A DNA stretch of 32,000 nt from positions 403,300 through 435,299 of the forward strand of contig JAWAHN010000002.1 of assembly GCA_038889235.1 (NCBI GenBank). The letters run 5' to 3'. Source of the stretch: Candidatus Jordarchaeales archaeon. GTDB taxonomy: Archaea; Asgardarchaeota; Jordiarchaeia; Jordiarchaeales; Freyrarchaeaceae. Below the pieces are notes generated by a model. That model searched no databases, had not been told where the DNA came from, and worked only from the letters and a program-made list of their open reading frames with translations. Position numbers and translations under genes: made by a program. Of this stretch, positions 25,889 to 32,000 are shown piece after piece (positions within the stretch are counted from its first letter, which is position 1; every line of letters begins with the position of its first letter).

Positions 25889-27620
25889 TTGGGTGCTGGG
25901 TGGGGGTTGCGCCTGCTTCTCGTTGTTATTGTAGTTGTGGCTGCTGCAGCCATGGCGGCTCCAGTTGAGGGCTGGGCCCACCTGCCCGCGGAAATAAACC
26001 TGTCATCCGCCTCCGGTGCCCCTGTGCTGCGGGGGGCGCCCTCATCATAGACTCGGACTACAACTTCACAGGAGACATCAGCAGACCGGTAGTTGTGGCG
26101 GTGGACAACATCGTTATAGACGGGAAGGGGTACGGGCTGATTGGCGGCGGTTCCGGCTGCGGATTCAACCTAACAGGAAGAACTAACGTAACCATAAGGA
26201 ACGTGGTGGTCAAAGGCTGGAAGATAGGGTTCCTACTCGACAACAGCCACAACAACACGATAACAAACAACACCGTGAAAATAACGGTCACTGAAAGCAC
26301 CGGGTTCGAACTCCTTAACTCAAACAACAACACCCTCACCGGCAACACTATAAGTGGAGAGAGCTGGGAGTGGTCTCCACCACTAGTAATTAGGGAGGGA
26401 GATGGTTGGGGTTTCCGCCTCAATAGTAGCCATGGTAATGTTTTGGCGCGAAATGTTGTCTCGTTTCTCCGTTATGATGGCTTTTACTTGTTTAATAGTT
26501 CGCATAACATGGTTTCGGGCAACACCATATAAAATATACTGCAGGGGCCGCCCTTTCGCTTGAGAGCTCAAGCCATAACGCCCTTACAGGCAACACCATC
26601 AAGTACTGTTACCAGACGATAAATCTTCGGTATAGTTCGGATAACGATGTCTCGGGCAACATCGTTATAAGTGTGTGGGGTTACGAGGAATTGGCCGGAA
26701 ATAATACTGTTGTCATTACTGGCCCATTTATACTGGCTGCCATGCTGTATAATGCCTGCGTTTCACTCTGCCTCCACCAGCAGAGCGTGCTCCCAGCCTC
26801 AGCCCTAGTACTGGCGGCATCCCTGGCAGCGGCCGCCATAATAGCAGCCGCCTATAGGAGGATTACAGGGAGGGGAGGGATGATGCCTAGAGACGCCTCC
26901 GCTGTTGGAGCAGTGGGAGGAGCGATTGGAGCAATGGCAGCAGCAACTGGAATAGCGTGGACCACAACAACAAACACGCTACTAACAGAAACAAACACAT
27001 ACTTATTTTACTTCGAAAGGTTTTTGCTCGAGTCTCTTAACTCCCCCATCTTCCGTATTCCTTCCATTGAGTATGAGTATTACTCTTTGATTGTGCCTGT
27101 TTATCCTTCTTTCTGGTCGTTCTGTGTGCTTTCAGCTGTGCTGTTTGCGCTTCTCACTGCAGCCAGCATGCTCATCTGCGTCGGCTTTCACGGCTACAGG
27201 GCCGGTGAGCTCGTCGGATTAAAGAGAATAGCGTTCGCCATAGGGGGAGCAGCGCTAGGGGGACTACTCATATTAACGGGAGCACTAACAACAGGGTACA
27301 TGTACGCCCGCGCGATAAGGGGGGAATACATGATCTTTACCGTGCCTGTACCTGCACCGAATCTCTCTCTTGCGTGGTTGGGCTTCGTCGTGTTAGGCCT
27401 ATCCGCTATACTGCTTGGCTCGGTGAGCATTTCTACGCGTGAATGGACGACAAGGCCCTTTATGGCTGGTGCCGTAGGGGTCCTAAGCATCATAAGCGGA
27501 GTAGTCTTTCTGTTCAGCTACATTTGGCATCTCGTGCTGTTCATCAGCTTCGCGCTGATGCTGACGGCATCCATCCTTTGGATTATATCTTTCCTCTCAT
27601 CAAAGAAAGCGTACTCCTAG
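25889..27620 (+). pseudogene. Signal peptide plus NosD-type parallel beta-helix plus C-terminal multipass membrane domain; two frameshifts (~26031-26040 and ~26530)
   Basis: Hydrophobic leader LRLLLVVIVVVAAAAMAA; repeats SHNNTITNNTV, SNNNTLTGNTI, SHGNVLARNVV and SHNMVSGNTI; the repeats continue (SHNALTGNTI, SDNDVSGNIV) in the frame of ORF 26673..27620. Confidence 0.8.
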
Positions 27621-28048
27621 AGGCGAGGCCGCTTAATGATGAGGGTGAAACTAGTCGGATTTTCAATCGACTGAACGCCTTAAAACCGCGAAGCAAAACT
27701 TGCCTGATGTGAGGGTTGTTGGGTTTCGCTTTTTCTTTTCGTGGAATTCTTGGTGGTTATTAATTTTCTGCGAAAGAGACGCGGTACTCATCTCAGGCAA
27801 CTGACTTCTTCATTTCGATGGCATGGCTCGAGTGGGCAATGTTTCGGTGATCTCGGTCTTTCTTCCTCACGTTCCTGCCGTGATAATTCTTTGTGGAGTG
27901 AAATAAGGATCTGGATTTTCTCAGGGAATTTAATCATTAACGTTGCTTTTCTTTTTCGAGGATGTCGAAAAGTTTAACTTTGAGGAATCTTACAAATTCT
28001 CCTGCAGTTTTAATGGGGGTTCTTCTCTCTTTCTTGGAGGTCAAGTGG

Positions 28049-28630
28049 TTGATTGAGAAGAAGGTTGAGTATAAGCCTCTTAGTGTGAAGACTCTTCTAA
28101 CTTCCATTAAGAACATTTCCGAGCTGACTGTTGACTTAGCTTACTCAGCTGTTCTTTTCAATGATGCTGAGCTCAGGGAGGAAGTGCTCGAGCTTGAAGA
28201 GTACGTAGACTACCTGATTTACCTCCTCTTCATGAGCGCCTCATTCGCCGTGAGAGACAGGGAGGACGCTGAGATGATGGCGGGAATAATGAAGCTTGCC
28301 ATGGCTGCGAACAGGATTTCTGATGCCGCGGGGGACATCGCTTCGACCATTGTGCGAGGAGAGGGGCTAAAGATACTTACGCAAGCCTTCAGTAAGACCG
28401 AGGAGAGGGTGATGCGTCTCACGGTGAACAAGAACTCACCTCTCTGCAACAAGAAAATAGACAGCTTGAAGGGGCAGCTTGGAGTTGACGTGATAGCCAT
28501 TAAGAGGAAGGGCAGACTTTTAATTAATCCAAAAGAGAACTCTAAGTTGATAGCTGACGACGTTGTAATAGTTCGCGGAACAGACAAGAGTGTTCAGGAG
28601 TTCAAGAAGATGGCTGAGGGAGGCTGCTGA
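28049..28630 (+). CDS. PhoU-like plus TrkA-C (RCK_C) domain protein
   Basis: ELTVDLAYSAVLFND...AEEVLELEE N-terminal helices and VDVIAIKR...IVRG C-terminal domain. Start moved to the TTG at 28049, which follows a GGAGG RBS. Confidence 0.88.
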   Translation: MIEKKVEYKPLSVKTLLTSIKNISELTVDLAYSAVLFNDAELREEVLELEEYVDYLIYLLFMSASFAVRDREDAEMMAGIMKLAMAANRISDAAGDIASTIVRGEGLKILTQAFSKTEERVMRLTVNKNSPLCNKKIDSLKGQLGVDVIAIKRKGRLLINPKENSKLIADDVVIVRGTDKSVQEFKKMAEGGC

Positions 28631-28632
28631 AA

Positions 28633-29223
28633 GTGAAAAGTGACGAGGTAGTTGAAATTGAAAAGATGCTCGTTGAGATGAAGAACACATCGGAGTTCAT
28701 GTTGGACCTAGCTTACTCGGCGTTCCTTTTCAACAACAAGGAGATAGCTGAAGAGGTCATGGAACTGGAGGAGCTCTTCGACAAGTTCCACGTGAACTTC
28801 GAGCTCAAAGTTCTGGGCGCAGACGACGAGGTAATAAACCCCGAAGCGAAGCTCGCACTGATACGCATAGGACTCGCAGCGGAAAACATAGCTGACGCCG
28901 CAGCAGAGATAGCTGATGCCGTGATAAGGGGAGTTGAACCCCACCCCATTCTAAAGATGGTCATAGAAGAGACAGACGAAACAATAGTGAAAACATGTGT
29001 CGGAGCCGAGTCAGAGCTCGAAGGGAAGACTATAGGGGAAGTGGCAATAGACGACAGGCTTGGGATGAAGATAATCGCCATAAAAAGAGGGGATGAGTGG
29101 ATTTACTCCCCCCCAGACTCCCACGTCTTAAGGAGGGGTGACATCATAATAGCTAAGGGTTACAAGCAAGGGAAAGACTTACTTTTAGAGATGGCTAAAG
29201 GAAAAAAGTGCGAAGCCACCTGA
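28633..29223 (+). CDS. PhoU-like plus TrkA-C domain protein (second paralog)
   Basis: MKNTSEFMLDLAYSAFLFNNKEIAEEV and GMKIIAIKRG...GDIIIAKG; 2 nt after the first paralog. Confidence 0.9.
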   Translation: MKSDEVVEIEKMLVEMKNTSEFMLDLAYSAFLFNNKEIAEEVMELEELFDKFHVNFELKVLGADDEVINPEAKLALIRIGLAAENIADAAAEIADAVIRGVEPHPILKMVIEETDETIVKTCVGAESELEGKTIGEVAIDDRLGMKIIAIKRGDEWIYSPPDSHVLRRGDIIIAKGYKQGKDLLLEMAKGKKCEAT

Positions 29224-29242
29224 ACGGTGAACTCAAAAATCG

Positions 29243-29602
29243 CTATGCAGGCGGCTGGTGTGCCGGTGTGCTCGCTGCTCCCCCAGAAGCCCGGGAAGGC
29301 CTCCTCAACATGACCAACGGCTTGTCCGAAACGACTTCAAAGTCAAACTTTTTATACCAGTCGACTAGGTACTCGAAGGTTTCAACTATTATCGTATGGT
29401 CGGAGTGGTCGTCAACTATCCTGGCAAGCAAGACAGTGCCGATCCCCTTATGCCTGTGCTCCCTGCTCACGTTTATCACTTTTATCTCCACGTAACGGTC
29501 GTTTCGCACAACTCTCGCGTATGCTATAACGCCGACTCCATACTCGTCGTAAATCATGTACTCGTAAACTGATTCTTCAACGGCGCACTCAATGCTGTTC
29601 AA
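29243..29602 (-). CDS. GNAT-family N-acetyltransferase
   Basis: Motif A VSREHRHKGIGTVLL and 'WYKKFDF'. Likely start is the TTG at 29602 after GGAGA; the longer track start would overlap the tRNA promoter. Confidence 0.82.
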   Translation of the reverse strand: MNSIECAVEESVYEYMIYDEYGVGVIAYARVVRNDRYVEIKVINVSREHRHKGIGTVLLARIVDDHSDHTIIVETFEYLVDWYKKFDFEVVSDKPLVMLRRPSRASGGAASTPAHQPPA

Positions 29603-29704
29603 CTTGTAACATCTCCTAGGAAGTGATGACTGAACAAACCTTAACTGAAATATAACTGTTGTGGCTAAACCGCACCCGAAAACCCAGCGCGGAGACACCA
29701 TAAG

Positions 29705-29712
29705 TTTTAATA
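29705..29712 (+). promoter_or_regulatory. TATA box of the tRNA-Ser gene
   Basis: TTTTAATA ends 27 nt upstream of the tRNA 5' G, a normal archaeal spacing. Confidence 0.6.
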
Positions 29713-29739
29713 ACTGTTTGTCTCCTCTAGATTCATGGT

Positions 29740-29906
29740 GCGGGGGTAACCAAGCCCGGTTATACCCATGCTGAACGCCGAAAGGTGCTGGCCTGCTAAA
29801 TGAGGCGTGCGCCGTCTCTTGCTGAAAGCCAGTTCCCCGTTGGGGAGCGCGGGTTCAAAACCCCGTGAGGCTAAGCTCTGGGGTGGTAGTCCCGCCCCCC
29901 GCGCCA
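29740..29906 (+). tRNA. tRNA-Ser(GCT) with three introns (29763-29782, 29799-29826, 29860-29889) and encoded CCA
   Basis: Acceptor GCGGGGG/CCCCCGC, G73, CCA; D stem ACC/GGT; anticodon arm CTGGC-CTGCTAA-GCCAG; long variable arm TCCCC/GGGGA; T arm GCGGG-TTCAAAT-CCCGC. The spliced product is 89 nt. Confidence 0.9.
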
Positions 29907-30028
29907 AAAATTGAAAACTGTTACGACTTCTACAGCTGACTACCTTACCCGTGTAAGGAAAAGGTTTTATTCCTTTAGTTTTTGAAAGATTGACGGTAGC
30001 GTTCTGTGTTCCTTCGGAGGATGATGCT

Positions 30029-30706
30029 TTGTCCACCGGTATATTAGAGGGAGTTCATCCAACGCGTATGGAGCTCTTAGCGCTGAAAAGAAGGATGACC
30101 CTAGCCGAAAAGGGGTATGACTTACTAAAAGAGAAGCGCGACGCCCTAGTCATGTACTTCTTCGACGTTCTTGAGGACGTTGGCCGGCTCAGGAGGGAGG
30201 TAAGCAAGGTGCTCAAGGAAGCCTTCGACGCGCTTGTAGTGGCGAAGATGGTCATGGGTCCACTTAAAATCGAGGAAGCCGCCATGAACGCTGAGTCGCT
30301 CTACGACGTCGACGTTTCTCTCCAGAACATCATGGGAGTCAAGGTCCCCTTGCTGAACGTTAAGGAGCGGGAGGCGAAGATGCCGCCATACGGCTTCACA
30401 GACACCTCAGCTGCTCTCGACGAGGCAGCTAAGAAGTTTAAGGAAGCTTTGAAGCTCATCATCCAGCTAGCAGAGGTTGAAACCGCTGTCAAGAAGCTTG
30501 CCAAGGAGATCGACAAGACGAAGAGGCGAGTCAACGCGCTGAAGTACATAATTATCCCAAGACTGGAAAACACCATCCGGTACATATCGCTCCACTTGGA
30601 GGAACGTGAGCGAGAAGACTTCTTCAGACTAAAGCGAGTTAAAACGCTGCTCGAAAGAAAAGAATTGAGAGCGGTTGAAGAGTCTCTCTCCCAGCCTTCT
30701 CTTTAA
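30029..30706 (+). CDS. atpD: A/V-type ATP synthase subunit D
   Basis: PTRMELLALKRR...GYDLLKEKRDAL, NIMGVKVP, KTKRRVNALKYIIIP and LEEREREDFFRLK. Start set to the TTG at 30029 after GGAGG. Confidence 0.95.
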   Translation: MSTGILEGVHPTRMELLALKRRMTLAEKGYDLLKEKRDALVMYFFDVLEDVGRLRREVSKVLKEAFDALVVAKMVMGPLKIEEAAMNAESLYDVDVSLQNIMGVKVPLLNVKEREAKMPPYGFTDTSAALDEAAKKFKEALKLIIQLAEVETAVKKLAKEIDKTKRRVNALKYIIIPRLENTIRYISLHLEEREREDFFRLKRVKTLLERKELRAVEESLSQPSL

Positions 30707-30708
30707 CA

Positions 30709-31047
30709 CTACTTTTTGAGTAGAAGTATTGCCCGTGCCAAGTCTCCCTCGGTCTCGATTAAAGCCTTCCTCGCCTCCTCAGGAGTGACGCCCGCCTGCT
30801 GCGCCACGAGCATCACGTCTGCTTCAGGTATCTCAACCTGCTTTTTTTCTGCTTCAAGCACTTTTTCCTCCACGACCCCCGAAACCTGGTAGACGCGTTG
30901 CCCCGCTACTCTCATCTCAACAACTTGCGGGTTATTCACAACGATCTCTTTGTCAGCGCATTTTATGACGACCTGGACAGCAGGCACCTCCTTTACTCCC
31001 ATCTGCTTCATTATCTTTTTCAGCTGCTTGGAGCTGACCTTCTTCAA
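30709..31047 (-). CDS. nac: Nascent polypeptide-associated complex protein (archaeal NAC)
   Basis: MKQMG..EV...NPQVVEM...GQRVYQVSG NAC domain plus UBA-like DVMLVAQQAGVTPEEARKALIETEGDLARAIL. Confidence 0.93.
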   Translation of the reverse strand: MKKVSSKQLKKIMKQMGVKEVPAVQVVIKCADKEIVVNNPQVVEMRVAGQRVYQVSGVVEEKVLEAEKKQVEIPEADVMLVAQQAGVTPEEARKALIETEGDLARAILLLKK

Positions 31048-31050
31048 GGC

Positions 31051-31554
31051 TCAAACCTCCAACCTGCCTTCTTTCAGAAAAGACGGGTTCCCGGTTCGCG
31101 TCTTCACAGCGATACCCCTCGAGAAAGCCACCATTTCCTCCCCGTTTAGCACAGCCCTCCCAACGGCAACCAATCTGTCGTCTTCATCCACAACTATAAC
31201 CTCGTCCCAGGGTCTTATCTCCGGGTCAGCTTCAACCACGTGCTTAGCAAAGACACTCCGCCCCTCAGCTACCGCCCTGGCAACCTCTCTCTTTATGACT
31301 GCCCTCAAACGTGGCCTCTGAGTGCTTTTTAAGAGAAGTTCAGCCCCCTTTAACCCCAGCGCTAACGTCCCTTCATCCGACCTAAAACTGGCGATGAGCA
31401 CCCCTCCAAATCGAACCTCCTTGAACCTCCCGGTCCTAGAAGAAAATGAAACCTCAACGTCGTCGGGGAACAGTATTCTTCCAGCTCCGGGGAAAAACTG
31501 GTAGTCTGCTATAAGTCGCAGCTTACGCAAAACCCAGTAGTCGGCTTTCCTCAA
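31051..31554 (-). CDS. PUA-domain protein resembling the C-terminal region of archaeosine tRNA-guanine transglycosylase
   Basis: IADYQF..GAG, TGRFKEV and a C-terminal PUA domain (GRSVFAKHVVEADPEIRPWDEVIVV...AVG). Confidence 0.85.
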   Translation of the reverse strand: MRKADYWVLRKLRLIADYQFFPGAGRILFPDDVEVSFSSRTGRFKEVRFGGVLIASFRSDEGTLALGLKGAELLLKSTQRPRLRAVIKREVARAVAEGRSVFAKHVVEADPEIRPWDEVIVVDEDDRLVAVGRAVLNGEEMVAFSRGIAVKTRTGNPSFLKEGRLEV

Positions 31555-31587
31555 AGAGCAGCCTCCAATAGCAGGCCTTGACCATCT

Positions 31588-32000
31588 TCAACTGTAAATC
31601 CTCGGCGGGCTCGCGCCTTTAGACCTTCTCATCACCTTTTCTATGGCTTTCTCAAAGTCGCTGAAGGTAACCTTCGTCCTGAAATCTCTTATAGCAAACA
31701 TTCCCGCCTCGGTGCATATCGCCTTTATATCCGCTCCGCTGGCCCCCTCCGTCATCTCGGCGAGCGTGCGTAAGTTCACGTTCTGGTCGAGCTTCATACG
31801 CCTAGTGTGTATTCTGAAGATTTCCTCTCTTGCGTCGAGATCTGGGAGGGGGAAGTAGATTATCCTGTCAAAGCGTCCAGGCCTAAGAAGCGCTGGGTCA
31901 AGTATGTCGGGCCTGTTCGTAGCACCTATTATCTTCACATTCCCCAACGGGTCGAAGCCATCCATTATCGATAGAAGCTGCATTAACGTGCGTTGCACCT
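31588..32000 (-). CDS. pan: Proteasome-activating nucleotidase (PAN), C-terminal part; 5' end outside the window
   Basis: [38 protein letters not shown] (second region of homology) and [17 protein letters not shown]. Confidence 0.93.
   Translation of the reverse strand, partial: VQRTLMQLLSIMDGFDPLGNVKIIGATNRPDILDPALLRPGRFDRIIYFPLPDLDAREEIFRIHTRRMKLDQNVNLRTLAEMTEGASGADIKAICTEAGMFAIRDFRTKVTFSDFEKAIEKVMRRSKGASPPRIYS

Noticed and set aside
22015-27620. Diversity-generating retroelement or active shufflon
   Set aside because: No reverse transcriptase, no near-identical TR/VR pair with adenine-specific differences, and no short identical inverted recombination sites; the only recombinase is the broken IS607 TnpA.
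27741-27977. 78-aa ORF upstream of the PhoU-TrkA-C genes
   Set aside because: No RBS or motif, atypical composition, and it overlaps the probable promoter region.
29707-30036. 109-aa minus-strand ORF
   Set aside because: Antisense shadow of the tRNA-Ser gene and the atpD start; no protein features.
3188-31858. Many short or antisense ORFs in the track overlapping confident genes (e.g. 4346..4873, 17665..18225, 18424..18906, 21094..21639, 28713..29081)
   Set aside because: Shadow ORFs of well-supported genes; no independent motifs or start signals.

Overview
Archaeal chromosomal window, probably from an Asgard-type lineage (inferred from two longin-like genes; not verified). It holds housekeeping genes (Rpp21, ABCE1/Rli1, A/V-ATPase D, NAC, PUA protein, PAN), an ABC exporter, a GH31 alpha-glucosidase and a DUF99 endonuclease. 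An hdrA-mvhD-hdrC-hdrB operon is transcribed divergently from a GlcD-like FAD oxidoreductase, a GlcF/HdrD-like CCG protein and a HAD phosphatase. The ORF track misses a tRNA-Ser(GCT) at 29740-29906 that I could only fold after removing three introns (D loop, anticodon loop, T loop), each with a bulge-helix-bulge-type motif. About 21.8-27.9 kb is a decaying accessory island: an IS607-family element (tnpA+tnpB, both frameshifted) inserted at a GG core inside an Ig-like surface-protein gene, a frameshifted signal-peptide/NosD beta-helix/multipass-membrane gene, and three paralogous membrane-domain copies in opposite orientations. All family assignments come from motif recognition by eye; no database searches were run.
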